Program-made: the position numbers and the translations under genes
From: a virus
Length of the DNA: 64,000 nt
IMG/VR virus record: IMGVR_UViG_3300036046_000003
Location: 1-64,000 of that record
Direction: 5' to 3' (one strand)
In this document: piece by piece, positions 39,301 to 49,130 of the stretch
Layout: every line of letters begins with the position of its first letter
Numbering within the stretch: position 1 is the first letter of the stretch
The notes under the pieces: generated by a model
Seen by the model: the letters and a program-made list of their open reading frames with translations, nothing else
Databases searched by the model: none
What the model was told of the DNA's origin: nothing

Positions 39301-39701
39301 GAAACGCAGCGATACGCTTTCTTGCCGGTAACTCCTTTTGGGTCTTCGAGCTTTTTACCTCGCTGCTTGCCCTCGGCTGGGGTTTTGTGTTTGCCTTTAT
39401 TGACCGCGTTTCGTACACCTCCGCCTTTCGCGTTCTCGACCAGGCCGTTGCGGGTAAAGAGTTCGTATGGGGTATGTTCTTTTTGGCCCTTGGGAGCTGC
39501 CAACTCGCCAGCGTCCTTAGCAACAATCACCACTGGCGCGAAACCGTTTCTTTCTTTGCCGGGGTAGCCTGGACGTTTGTAGCCCTCGCGTTGTTTGGTG
39601 CGACGGGGTTTTCCACTGGCGTCTACTGTTACGGGTTAGTAGCACTCTTTAACGGCCTCGCCTCGTTACGGCAGCGCCTTGCACAGAAAGCGGGGCTGTA
39701 A
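39297..39701 (+). CDS. Multi-pass membrane protein (lysis cassette)
   Basis: Shares FELFT....GWG, E..WG.FFL and TG...Y.LVA.FN with the preceding gene. Confidence 0.7.
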   Translation: MRNAAIRFLAGNSFWVFELFTSLLALGWGFVFAFIDRVSYTSAFRVLDQAVAGKEFVWGMFFLALGSCQLASVLSNNHHWRETVSFFAGVAWTFVALALFGATGFSTGVYCYGLVALFNGLASLRQRLAQKAGL

Positions 39702-40081
39702 TGAATGATGTGCTGTGGGCCGCAATCGGGGCGGGTCTTGCAGCGCTGCTCACCCGGTTGGCGGGCAAATTCATTGACCGCGACAGCGACGTTATTTCTC
39801 AGGGTAAGTCGCTTAGGGACGAGTTACGCGAAGACATTGATCGCCAGGAACTACGCCTAAAAGAACTAGGCGACCGCGTAGTTCGCCTGGAAGAAGAAGT
39901 AGAAACCTGGAAAGCTCGCGTGGACGATTGGCGTACAAAGTATTATGTACTCTACGAGGAAAATCAGTCGTTACGCCTACAGCTAACCGTACATACGCAG
40001 AAGATCCAGCAACTCGAAAGCGAGTTGGCTGTGTTTGAGCGGAAAGTGTTTTTTGTTCCGCCGACCGAGAAGAAGGACTAA
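39701..40081 (+). CDS. Membrane-anchored coiled-coil protein
   Basis: N-terminal TM segment followed by heptad repeats. Confidence 0.7.
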   Translation: MNDVLWAAIGAGLAALLTRLAGKFIDRDSDVISQGKSLRDELREDIDRQELRLKELGDRVVRLEEEVETWKARVDDWRTKYYVLYEENQSLRLQLTVHTQKIQQLESELAVFERKVFFVPPTEKKD

Positions 40082-40084
40082 TCA

Positions 40085-40468
40085 ATGGAGCGGCTTATCC
40101 CGTATGTCCCCTACCTGGCCGGAACCGCCCTGGTGTCGGGGGTGGTGCTTGTTCTCTTGGCAAGTGCCACCGTCCGACGTTTTGCCCACCAGACGGTGGC
40201 AGCTGTGTATCGCGCCGCCCTTGTGACCGCCGCTGAGTACGGCGACGAGGCTCTAGAATGGTTGCGCTCCCCTGCCGGTATTCGCTACAGAAAAGCGCTG
40301 GCAGAACGCGCATATGACGTTTTGCCCGCCACAGTCGGCCCGGTGCCTGTCGGCGTCGTGAAACTTTGGCTGTCGCGGGAACGCTGGTGCGTTCTTGTCG
40401 AAACTGCATTTAATGCAGTTGTCTCTCTGGCCGACGATATTCGAGAACCTTCGACTATCGCCCAATAA
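40085..40468 (+). CDS. Membrane protein, holin-like
   Basis: N-terminal TM; last gene of the lysis cassette. Confidence 0.55.
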   Translation: MERLIPYVPYLAGTALVSGVVLVLLASATVRRFAHQTVAAVYRAALVTAAEYGDEALEWLRSPAGIRYRKALAERAYDVLPATVGPVPVGVVKLWLSRERWCVLVETAFNAVVSLADDIREPSTIAQ

Positions 40469-40518
40469 AAAAAAGACCGCTTTACCAGAAAAACAACTGG
40501 TAAAGCGGTCTTTTTTTT
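40467..40518. terminator. Bidirectional terminator between the convergent arms
   Basis: A run, GACCGCTTTACCAG...CTGGTAAAGCGGTC, T run. Confidence 0.85.
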
Positions 40519-40520
40519 AT

Positions 40521-40727
40521 TTATCGAAACAGGGCGAGTACGACTTGATAGCTGACCATCAATACAGCCGTCGCCCCAAAGAAAAAAGCCTGTTCGTGGC
40601 GATACATAAACTGAAACGTAGCGCTAAGGCTGGCGAGAAACCAAATAAGCCAAACCCACAGCGCGAAAAGTATCACCCCAAACCAGGCGGCCAGCAGTGC
40701 TTCTTTCATTTGCTTTGTCCCTTCCAA
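40521..40727 (-). CDS. Small two-TM membrane protein
   Basis: Hydrophobic sequence. Confidence 0.5.
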   Translation of the reverse strand: MEGTKQMKEALLAAWFGVILFALWVWLIWFLASLSATFQFMYRHEQAFFFGATAVLMVSYQVVLALFR

Positions 40728-40875
40728 TCCAAACGAAGGGATTTGAGTGCCGCCTTTTTATCCAAGATAGGCGGCACTATTGGTTTTCGTTCTCCACACA
40801 CCAAACACGGCGTATCGGCCCATTCATTCTTTCGACGGGCACCGCAGGAGCACAGATACCAATCCAAATAGCGCT

Positions 40876-41400
40876 TCAATGCGACGCCTCCAATACGCGG
40901 ACGATTGCTGCGGCGACCTGTCGGCAGAGCCGAGAACCGTTTGAACCGAACGCGGTTTCAATCTCTTTGGGCCGATACCCTTTGATCAACGCATAGGCTA
41001 CTTGCCGCTCCTGTTCAAGCAGCCTCGGCAGGGCGTTCGATACGTCCACGTACACCAGTTGCTCGTCACTTCCCAACGGCGCGTTCTTAAACGCAAGGTA
41101 ATGAACTTGCAGTACCGCCCGAACGGTCGCCTGGGTATAGCCGTTCTGGTCTATGTGGGCCAGTAGCGTAGCCGGGTCTCTTAAACGGTCGCTCGCGGCG
41201 CGGCTTACGGCGCGTGCAAGCCCTTCCGTACCTTGACCGTTGCGAATAGCGATACCCGCCGACACAAACGGGTCTTGTACGTCGCCACAACCATTAGCCA
41301 GCGCCTCTAGCAGACGCTCGGCTTCTGGCGGTGCGTCTGCGGAGCTGCGCCGATAAAGCCAAAGCACGAGACGGCCTACTTCTGAAATATCCCGACGCAT
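40876..41400 (-). CDS. Hypothetical protein with C-terminal sigma-region-4-like HTH
   Basis: L..L...ERQV......GY...EI pattern; AAGGAG RBS. Confidence 0.5.
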   Translation of the reverse strand: MRRDISEVGRLVLWLYRRSSADAPPEAERLLEALANGCGDVQDPFVSAGIAIRNGQGTEGLARAVSRAASDRLRDPATLLAHIDQNGYTQATVRAVLQVHYLAFKNAPLGSDEQLVYVDVSNALPRLLEQERQVAYALIKGYRPKEIETAFGSNGSRLCRQVAAAIVRVLEASH

Positions 41401-41488
41401 TGGATCTCCTTACATAGATACCCTCCTCTCTACCTTGGTTGCCTGACGGCGATTGTTGCGAAGCTCCCGTAGTATAGAGGACGTTCTA

Positions 41489-42089
41489 TTAGCTGTCTAC
41501 TTCCGCGTTGTATTGCTTCGCAGCTCCCCACCAACGCAGGTGTCGCCCCGCGATCAAGTCAAGCACAAACGGCACTTCCTGCCAGCCGCGCACGCGCCAG
41601 CGGGGGGGCTGTACAGAGCGCGTTATGTGGACGGCTAAAGAGAATGGTTGGCGTATTGTGGGGCGCATCGTCAATGAGCACGTCAAAACGAACAGCGGCC
41701 CATTTCTGCTTTGCCAACACCAGGAACAGTCTGTGTTTTGGAAAGTAACGGTCAAGCCAGCGCTGTTTTGCGGCGGCGTAAGGTTGTGTATCACTTGACA
41801 CGACAACGACCCGGTGGCCCTGCGCCAAAATAGAAGCCACACCTTCCTGTGCGCCTGGAAGCGGTAACACGGCGTCGTAAAGCTGCGGCGTTCTTACGGA
41901 GAAGAAAGCGTCCCGTTCCGCGTCAGGTAAACAACTAAAGTGCCAGTCTGTTACCTGGGCAGGTGTAACCCGCGAGCCGCCCGCTCCGTAATGAGCGCCC
42001 AGCCAGGCGGGGATCAGCGCCGCTAGTACGTCGTCAAAGTCCACACCAATGAGCACTTTTAGCTTCCTTTCAACTAAAAGAGGTAGCAC
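41489..42089 (-). CDS. 5'(3')-deoxyribonucleotidase (NT5C-like HAD); C-terminus apparently in another frame
   Basis: VDFDDVL, P.PGA.E, K..WL...FP, LIDD.PHN; RVRGWQEV lies in the +1 frame past a C7 run. Confidence 0.8.
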
Positions 42090-42126
42090 TCGGCGACCTC
42101 TTTTGAAGTATTTTCGTGGCAGAGAG

Positions 42127-42474
42127 CTACCCCGTGGTGGATTTAATGTCCTTTATCCCCTTTTGGTACGCGGCGTCAATCTGATGCCTTGCGTTAAGGT
42201 ATGCGTCATAGGCCGCTTTTAACTGCAATTCTTTGTGTTGGTACAGCGCGTCGTATTTTTCGTAGTCGGCTTCTGTTGCGTCAAACAGCAATACACTGTC
42301 TTTAGCGACGTAAAGCCCGCCGCGAGCCTTCGTACCGTGAAGAGACCCCCCCCCCGGCGTGCGCCGTCCCGCTGCGTTCCTGACCGGCTCGACGTAGTAA
42401 CGCGCCTCGGTTTCTCGCAGCACGCGAACAAGTGCCCCGGCGCGATAGCTATCCTCTTTGGTGATAATTAGCAT
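42127..42474 (-). CDS. Hypothetical protein
   Basis: Coupled to the upstream gene (TAATG). Confidence 0.6.
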   Translation of the reverse strand: MLIITKEDSYRAGALVRVLRETEARYYVEPVRNAAGRRTPGGGSLHGTKARGGLYVAKDSVLLFDATEADYEKYDALYQHKELQLKAAYDAYLNARHQIDAAYQKGIKDIKSTTG

Positions 42475-43277
42475 TAGTGCTTCTCCGTATTACGAACCTT
42501 ATCCTTGCCGCGCAGTTCCTCAAAGTTCGTCTTCTCCATAACCTGCCCGCGCAAAGCGATTGCTTCCAGCAGCCGTTCACCCGAATAAAACTCTAGCGAA
42601 GATAGCACCACTGTCTCGCCGTCATCCCCAATAACCCACAGTCGAGAAGGTACCGCCTTTTCGACCTTACCGCTCAACTGGTCTACAAGCGCTTTTGTAT
42701 CTTCGACTGCGATACCCCCAGCCGGAAGGCGCGGAGGGCGACCGACAACCGCCACGTACAGTTCCGCCTCGTGGTGAAGGCCACGCGCTAAAAGCAGTTC
42801 CCGCGTTTCCTCCGACCCCAGGCCGGTACGCTGCGTTTCTACTGGCGCGTTCACCAGGGCGGTCACTACCTTAACCACAGCCTCAAACTGTACCGCACCC
42901 AGCTTACCCTCTTTCTCGGGGTCGGCCCGAAGTTCCCCTGTCTTTCGGTCGCGGTCGGCCAGCCGCAAAAGCAACTGCAAGTGCGTAACGGCTGCCAGCG
43001 CCTCTTCGCCTTCCAGTTCTAGTCCGTCCAGGTATACTTCCACAAAGGCCAGGTAGCCGCGAATTGTTCTAGCAGACCCCCAACCGACTGCCTCTGTCAT
43101 TCGCAGCAGCTCTGGAAGAAAAGCATTGAACGAGCCAAAATCCAGCTCTCGATAAAGCTCCTGCTGCTTAATCGCCTGCACAATCCTAGCGGCCCGCAGC
43201 TTCCCGCTTTCGGTATTCTCCAACAGCTCGAAAAGCGCTGCGGTGGCCGTCTTTAGATTAGGATACTTCTCTAGCAC
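42474..43277 (-). CDS. Hypothetical protein
   Basis: Long ORF in a tightly packed operon. Confidence 0.65.
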   Translation of the reverse strand: MLEKYPNLKTATAALFELLENTESGKLRAARIVQAIKQQELYRELDFGSFNAFLPELLRMTEAVGWGSARTIRGYLAFVEVYLDGLELEGEEALAAVTHLQLLLRLADRDRKTGELRADPEKEGKLGAVQFEAVVKVVTALVNAPVETQRTGLGSEETRELLLARGLHHEAELYVAVVGRPPRLPAGGIAVEDTKALVDQLSGKVEKAVPSRLWVIGDDGETVVLSSLEFYSGERLLEAIALRGQVMEKTNFEELRGKDKVRNTEKH

Positions 43278-43798
43278 TCGTCGTCCTCCTCTTCCTCAAC
43301 TGTCTTCCGCTCGGTGTCTACAAAATCCATCAATACGTCCGGGTGGCGCTCCAACAGGTACGCCCGCAATCGAACGTTCTCCCGTTTCGCCTCCAACAAA
43401 GAACAGACATACTCCAACGGAAAGGCTACCCAGGAACGGGGTACGCGACGCTTACCGTCTCGTGTCGGTACCCACTCTGGTGCGTTATCCGCCAGCGCAA
43501 AACAAAAAGCAGGGGCGCGCTTCCATTCGTGACTGATGCGAACCAACTGCAAAAGCGCTTTTAACGCCTCGGCCCCCAGCGTTGTCTTACGTCGTTTACT
43601 CTCCCCCACTAACGCCGTACCCGTTTCCGGGTTGCCGATAAGAAGGTCAAAGCCGAGGGAGGTCAGCTCCCCAACGCGCCCGGTGGAGGTAACGACATTG
43701 CGAAGAACAGGGTCTTCGACCCGTCCGGCGGCGCGTTGAAGGGCTTTTGCGAAGCCCCGTTCAGCGCGAATACCTGCGTCTCTAGCGGCGTTAGGCAT
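43271..43798 (-). CDS. PD-(D/E)XK nuclease, Holliday-junction-resolvase-like
   Basis: G..AER..A, GFDLL, GESKR. Confidence 0.65.
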   Translation of the reverse strand: MPNAARDAGIRAERGFAKALQRAAGRVEDPVLRNVVTSTGRVGELTSLGFDLLIGNPETGTALVGESKRRKTTLGAEALKALLQLVRISHEWKRAPAFCFALADNAPEWVPTRDGKRRVPRSWVAFPLEYVCSLLEAKRENVRLRAYLLERHPDVLMDFVDTERKTVEEEEDDEC

Positions 43799-44111
43799 TA
43801 CTGCCTCCTAGAAGCGGGCGGCGCTGTAGTGCCCGGTGGATAGACGACCTTCCGAGACCGACCAAAGCGGAGAGCTGGCTGATTGTGTAGGGCTGAGCTG
43901 AGGCGAGGTCAGCGGCAGTTAGATTAATGTCGGCCACTTCTTCGCGCCGTACTGGTTCGTCTAGGCCGAAGTCAGCCGCCATTAACAGTAACGCCTCGGC
44001 CAAGAGTGGACTTACCGACCGCTGCTTCTCTGCGTCCCGACAAGCGGCGGGTTGGCGAGCACCGGCGGCAACGACATAATTCAACAGCCGGTCAAGCGGG
44101 CCTGGGTTCAC
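43791..44111 (-). CDS. Small protein with C-terminal HTH
   Basis: TISQLSALVGLGRSSIHRAL. Confidence 0.6.
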   Translation of the reverse strand: MNPGPLDRLLNYVVAAGARQPAACRDAEKQRSVSPLLAEALLLMAADFGLDEPVRREEVADINLTAADLASAQPYTISQLSALVGLGRSSIHRALQRRPLLGGSNA

Positions 44112-45502
44112 TTGCGCCCTCCTTTCTTCGCTGGTTCTTTTTTAGCGGTAGGCAAGTCTAAATAGTCGCTGGTACCTTTCCAGCACTTCACTTTGCCGGT
44201 GGTCTCATACAGTTCGGCGTATACGGTTTGCCGCGCCGCGTTGCGCGCTTTCTTAACGGCCAACCCTACCTCTTTGTGCCCAATCGACGGGTCGAAAAAT
44301 AGTTCGATGCCGATGTGGGCGGCTGCGCCCCAGGCTCCACTTCCTTTAGCGGCCACCTGGCCGGGGGCTGAACCGAACTTAATGGTGTCATTGGCGAGCT
44401 GCGCAATTTCGATAAGACCAACCTCATTGCGGGCCGCGAAGGCGCGAAGTCCGTAAGCGTGGGCTTCGAGCTGCTGTGTATCCCCCGGCCAAGCCGTCAC
44501 ATAGTCAATAATCGTATGGGTCGTTTTATAAAGTGCTCGGTCTAGCTGCATCAACTCTAGGGCGTCTCGGTAGTCAAAGATATTCAGGTCTGCGTTACCG
44601 TCGTAAATTCGCAAACGCCCTTCCAGCCCCCGCCACCAAGCAAGCCCCCGTTCGCACTTCTCTGTGTCGGCTGCCGCTTCCGCGCCGAGAAATACGCAAG
44701 CGCCCGTAGCGAACTGTTCTATCTTCCAAGGCTCTACGTTCTCTTTGATAGCGATCAAGCGGGTGGCAAACGATACGTCGTCATCTTCCAGGGCGACCAT
44801 TGCCACAGAGGCTCCCTGTTCCAACAACTGCACCACCCAATTATTGACGATACGGGTTTTGCCGCCCCCATACTGCGCGGCCAACACCAGAATTTCACCC
44901 TGCGCCAGGAGACCGTCACCGGGCTGGCCGTCCGGGCCTACCCCGCGAAACGCAAAGTCCAGATCGGCGCAGCCGGACTTCCAACGAATGTGTTTACTCG
45001 TCTGCCCTAGTCGGCCAGCAATGCCGGTAGCCGTGTGGTCGCGCCCAATTCGCGCCCTGGTGTAGGCGTCAATCTCCTGGCGCAGCTTAGCTACCGCCAG
45101 CTCGTCATTGCTCCCCAGCAGGTCTACTGCCGCCGAAGCCCGCCCTTTGAAGCTACGTCCCGCAGCCGCCCGCTCTACCTGCGCCTTTAGCTCGTGTACT
45201 TCCGCAATACGCACCTCGTCAGGGTGAGGTGCGTTCATAATGATCTCTTCAACGCCCTCCAAACTGGCAGTATCCCCGCGCAAGTCTCTTAGAGCGGCTA
45301 TCAAGGGGCCGGGACGCGCTATTGCTGGCCCCTCGGCGGCGAGCACGCGCATAACGGCCCTGGCCGTTTCGTCCTCGATAGCACCAGCCGAGGGGCCGAG
45401 CGTAGATACAAGTTCGGGCTTTGCGTAAAGCAAAGAGACAAGCAAGCGTTCCCTGCGGTGTAGATCGTGCATAGACGGCTCCAAATAAAAAAAAGTGGGC
45501 AA
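44108..45502 (-). CDS. DnaB-like replicative helicase
   Basis: Walker A AAQYGGGKT, ALED, IIDY, AQL, KGSG, KAR arginine finger. Confidence 0.85.
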   Translation of the reverse strand: MPTFFYLEPSMHDLHRRERLLVSLLYAKPELVSTLGPSAGAIEDETARAVMRVLAAEGPAIARPGPLIAALRDLRGDTASLEGVEEIIMNAPHPDEVRIAEVHELKAQVERAAAGRSFKGRASAAVDLLGSNDELAVAKLRQEIDAYTRARIGRDHTATGIAGRLGQTSKHIRWKSGCADLDFAFRGVGPDGQPGDGLLAQGEILVLAAQYGGGKTRIVNNWVVQLLEQGASVAMVALEDDDVSFATRLIAIKENVEPWKIEQFATGACVFLGAEAAADTEKCERGLAWWRGLEGRLRIYDGNADLNIFDYRDALELMQLDRALYKTTHTIIDYVTAWPGDTQQLEAHAYGLRAFAARNEVGLIEIAQLANDTIKFGSAPGQVAAKGSGAWGAAAHIGIELFFDPSIGHKEVGLAVKKARNAARQTVYAELYETTGKVKCWKGTSDYLDLPTAKKEPAKKGGRK

Positions 45503-45622
45503 CGGCCCCGCGCAAACTGCGCAAAGCCGTGCCCGTTCCGTATCGTTGGCCGGATAGTGCTTCCTGCAAAGCCACTATACGCACCTGCTAAGCGTACGTC
45601 TACTTGTGCAGTTAATGCACAA

Positions 45623-46480
45623 TCAACGAAAGGCCGGGGAACCCGCCTGCCGCCAACGCGCAAAGTCGCTGGCAATCTGGCGGAGGTCTGCGGTAGCCTG
45701 CTCAGGTGTAGGCGCGCCCGCAGCGACCGTACCTGCGGGCGGTTCTCCGCCATACTCGTGAAGCCACCGTCTCATTCGCAGCTCCCAACTAGCGCGGTCA
45801 GCAAACAAACGCTCGTTTTGTTGCGCGTCTTCGTCCGGGGCGTTTTCGGGGCGATACCCTTTACCCCGACCGATTGCGATAGGCAGCAACTCCGCGAGGG
45901 GGTCGCCCTCGAATTGCGCGTGCGCGTATTCCAACAACAGTAGCGCCGCCGCGTCTGTGCCTAACGCCTGTGCAATCTTGCCGAGAACGCCAAAGAACTG
46001 ACCTGCGTTTCGTCGCGGGTGTCCGGCCCCGTACAAAAGCGCGTAGACCTGGGCCAGCCCCGCTGCCGGTGTTTTTTCTGCCCTCGCCATAGACACCACG
46101 CGCTGGCGCATTGGCTTAAAAACGAGCTTCGGCTCCGGCGGCAGCGTCGGCGCTACAAACGCCTCTTCTTCGCTTTCCACCCGAAGAGCTGACAGCGCCG
46201 GTAGGCTAATCGTATCGCCGTCCAGCGCGAGAAGACCTTTAGTCTGTAGGCTTTGCCTAGCGTAAGGCAGCAGGGACGCCTGACAGCCTTGTGCAGCCGC
46301 CAACCGCTCGGCGGAGGCCAACCCCGCTTCTTTTTCAATAAGGCAGGCAGCAAAAAGCCGCACTTCGGGTGGCGTCAGTCCGTATTCGGCTAAAACACTA
46401 TCGTCTAGCAGTTGAAGAAGGTCGCGGCGCGAGGTAAACAATTCTCGCGCCCGCTCCAACAGATAGGTGTTGTTGCGCAT
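45623..46480 (-). CDS. Hypothetical protein, possibly a replication initiator or loader (wHTH-like N-terminus)
   Basis: Lies between primase and helicase. Confidence 0.45.
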   Translation of the reverse strand: MRNNTYLLERARELFTSRRDLLQLLDDSVLAEYGLTPPEVRLFAACLIEKEAGLASAERLAAAQGCQASLLPYARQSLQTKGLLALDGDTISLPALSALRVESEEEAFVAPTLPPEPKLVFKPMRQRVVSMARAEKTPAAGLAQVYALLYGAGHPRRNAGQFFGVLGKIAQALGTDAAALLLLEYAHAQFEGDPLAELLPIAIGRGKGYRPENAPDEDAQQNERLFADRASWELRMRRWLHEYGGEPPAGTVAAGAPTPEQATADLRQIASDFARWRQAGSPAFR

Positions 46481-46486
46481 AGGCGC

Positions 46487-47008
46487 TTACTCCTCCGCGT
46501 CCTCACTCAGTAAAGCCGCCGTCGTCAACTTCCCGATACGCTCTAACGCCCCGTACAGATAATCCGCATACGCATCGGCTTCGGTTACGCGCCGCTCTAG
46601 CTCGGCTATTGTGCGCGCTTGCTCTCGATTTGCCGACACAAGCGCGGTGTTCCGGCGCAGTACGTCCGCGTCCAGAAGCGTAACCACTGACAGCAGTTCG
46701 CGTGCGCGGGCCGCTCCGATCTCACGCGCAGCTTCAAGGTCACTCCGCATCTGCGCGCCCGCCTGCTCCGCTGCTCGAAGCGCGTCCCTGGCCGCCTGCG
46801 CAGCCGTACCCGCCTCCATACAGAGCCGCTTATGATGCTCGGTCTGGTGGCGGCTCGCCACGAGCGCCTTGCCCAGCGCGTAGACCGCTGCTGAAAGCGC
46901 CTGTTCCAACGAAAGCGCCCCCGCTGCGTACTCTTTCAACGGGCCTTGCAGTTCGCTTACTTCACGGGACAATTCGGCTAATGCCCCTAGCGGAGGAACG
47001 GTCATCAT
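46487..47008 (-). CDS. Coiled-coil protein
   Basis: Ala/Glu/Arg heptads. Confidence 0.55.
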   Translation of the reverse strand: MMTVPPLGALAELSREVSELQGPLKEYAAGALSLEQALSAAVYALGKALVASRHQTEHHKRLCMEAGTAAQAARDALRAAEQAGAQMRSDLEAAREIGAARARELLSVVTLLDADVLRRNTALVSANREQARTIAELERRVTEADAYADYLYGALERIGKLTTAALLSEDAEE

Positions 47009-47265
47009 TCGGCATTCTCCTCGTAAACGAGTAACCATTCGGGAATATCTCGAATAGCTTGACTTAGTACGTCCGTACTCACCGAAGCAGCCTCCTCGTA
47101 AGGAAGCAAGCTCGCGGTTTCAATTACTGTTTGCAGACCCGCCAGAAAACGAACCCGTTCCGTCGCCGTCAGAACGCCCCTGCTTTGCCTCGCCGACAGT
47201 AGCCGGTCGAATTGCGCCACCAAACCAGCGGCCTCTACTCGTAGTCTGCGCTGCGGCCAACGCAT
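47005..47265 (-). CDS. Hypothetical protein
   Basis: Overlap-coupled to the next gene. Confidence 0.45.
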   Translation of the reverse strand: MRWPQRRLRVEAAGLVAQFDRLLSARQSRGVLTATERVRFLAGLQTVIETASLLPYEEAASVSTDVLSQAIRDIPEWLLVYEENAE

Positions 47266-47329
47266 TTACTGCAAATCTTTCTAGTCCGGGCCAGCCGGAC
47301 AGTTAGGCCACTTCACCGGGTCGAACGCT

Positions 47330-48364
47330 CTACGTACCGCCTGCCGCCTTCCAGGCGCTTCTAATATCCGCCCGCTTTAGCAGACGTTCAAACTCAGGTC
47401 TCCGCCAGCCCGCGTTCCACAAGTCCCGAACGTCGCCCTTGCCACCCAACACCAACGGCAGGCTAACCGGACGCGCCCAGGTAAAACGTTCTGTTAGACG
47501 CGCAACCATTCGTTGCCCTGCTTGATCGGCGTCGCCCAAGACGTACAGTTTGCGCGCAGTAGCTACGTAGTCGTCAAACTCGCCGCGCCAGTGACCCGCG
47601 CCGTTGGTGGAAGTTACAGCAACAATACCCGCCTGCCAGAGACAAACCGCGTCGGCCCACCCCTCCGCAATCACTACGGTGTCGGCCCCAACGGCAGTGT
47701 CAGCTCCAAAAAGCCAACTACCCGCGCCGGTCTCCATTTGTATCTTTGGGCCGCGTTGCTCGGGTAAACTGGCGCGATAGAGTATCTGCCGCAGTTGACC
47801 GCCGACAAAGACGGGTATAGCAAAGCGCTCTTGCTGTTCGTAAACGCCGTCTGCTACCTCCACCCCAACCGTAGCCAGCCCTACGCGCCACTGCCGAATA
47901 GCCGCTTTGGTAAGTCCATATGCGAGCAGCCGCGCTAGGGCGTCTGTATTTTCCACGAGCGCGAAGTGGTATTTGACCGCAAGGCCCTGGTCTAGCCGTC
48001 GAACTTCGGCCCGGCGGTGAGGAGTATCCGCGTCGGTCAGTGCATAGTCCCCGGCCAACAGAGCTTCGCAGGCGGCGCGTACCGAGACGTGTTCGTTAAA
48101 AAGCCGATAAACGTCGATTGCGTCTGCTTTGTACCCGCACGCGGTACATACACACCCGTCAGGGTAGACCATCATTGACGGCGCGCTATCCCGGTGGTCA
48201 GGCGCAATACAGCAGGCACGAATGTAGCGGCCAAATTCACGGGTGTTTTCCAGCCTACCTGCCAGCAGTTTTTGTAGGTCTACCTCCTGTTTTGTTCGGG
48301 CGATAAGATCCGACAACGAACTACGCGCCCCCTCGGCGCGGCCTGCGGACAGGGGTAGCAACAT
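47330..48364 (-). CDS. DNA primase (Zn finger plus TOPRIM)
   Basis: C...H.D..PS.....C..CG...DAI, IAEGW.D, GD.D.AG, DV.D. Confidence 0.88.
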   Translation of the reverse strand: MLLPLSAGRAEGARSSLSDLIARTKQEVDLQKLLAGRLENTREFGRYIRACCIAPDHRDSAPSMMVYPDGCVCTACGYKADAIDVYRLFNEHVSVRAACEALLAGDYALTDADTPHRRAEVRRLDQGLAVKYHFALVENTDALARLLAYGLTKAAIRQWRVGLATVGVEVADGVYEQQERFAIPVFVGGQLRQILYRASLPEQRGPKIQMETGAGSWLFGADTAVGADTVVIAEGWADAVCLWQAGIVAVTSTNGAGHWRGEFDDYVATARKLYVLGDADQAGQRMVARLTERFTWARPVSLPLVLGGKGDVRDLWNAGWRRPEFERLLKRADIRSAWKAAGGT

Positions 48365-48448
48365 TATTGCTGTCCCGACAAATAAAAAGAGCGGCGAACA
48401 AGCCCTTCAAACCGGCTTGTTCGCCGTACCCGTTTGTTTACTGGTACT

Positions 48449-48664
48449 CTACCGTTGCGAAGCGTCTTTGTCTACCGAGCCGCCTAGTTCCCGCTCTCGC
48501 GCAGCCTGCTTATCGCCGAGGATCTTCCAAAGCGCCCGCTCGGCCTGTACGCGGTCGGTGGTGTAGGCAATCGGTCGATTGTTAATCAGCAAAACATAGA
48601 TGGTAGGCTCACCGGGGCGGTTCGGCGGCTCGGTAGTAATGTATCCGTACAGCAGTTCCGCCAT
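48449..48664 (-). CDS. Hypothetical protein
   Basis: GGAGG RBS. Confidence 0.5.
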   Translation of the reverse strand: MAELLYGYITTEPPNRPGEPTIYVLLINNRPIAYTTDRVQAERALWKILGDKQAARERELGGSVDKDASQR

Positions 48665-48731
48665 ACAGCCCTCCAAAGAGACGTAAAAGCCGCCCCTCTT
48701 TGGAAGGGGCGGCTTTGAAAAGGCGGTCAGG

Positions 48732-48923
48732 TTATGCGGCTTCGCGGAAATACTCCCCGTTCATCAGCTCGTATACAAGCTCGTCCAGGGCAATCTCCGC
48801 TTCCCGAAACGTGCGCGTAAAGCCGACCAACTCACCGTCCAAGTACATAGCAAAGTCACGGGTCTCAGGATCGTACACAATCGACTTCTCGTACAGAGGC
48901 GTCCAGGTTTTTGTAGGCTCCAA
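48732..48923 (-). CDS. Small acidic protein resembling a conserved Chloroflexales hypothetical protein
   Basis: IVYD.ETRDFAMYLDGELVGF.RT..EAE..LD.LV.EL recalled from memory, not verified. Confidence 0.55.
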   Translation of the reverse strand: MEPTKTWTPLYEKSIVYDPETRDFAMYLDGELVGFTRTFREAEIALDELVYELMNGEYFREAA

Positions 48924-48935
48924 AAAGACCCCCTT

Positions 48936-49130
48936 CTATACTTCCCAACCCCAATTTAGGATACTAGACAACGCCTCTTCTGCAATAATGTCTCGGGCTT
49001 CGTCGTCCAGGTCGTTCCATTCAGCCCAGGACAGCCCTGTATCAAACAGCGTTTCAACCCGGCTACCTGTACGGTTAATAATCACGTAAACCGTAATAAA
49101 CACGGTCTCGTTTTCGTCTGGATCCATCAA
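48936..49130 (-). CDS. Small acidic phage protein
   Basis: GS.VE..F......EW..L pattern. Confidence 0.55.
   Translation of the reverse strand: MMDPDENETVFITVYVIINRTGSRVETLFDTGLSWAEWNDLDDEARDIIAEEALSSILNWGWEV

Noticed and set aside
38640-39533. 297-aa antisense ORF across the lysis genes
   Set aside because: Lys/Asn-rich mirror of hydrophobic codons on the coding strand.
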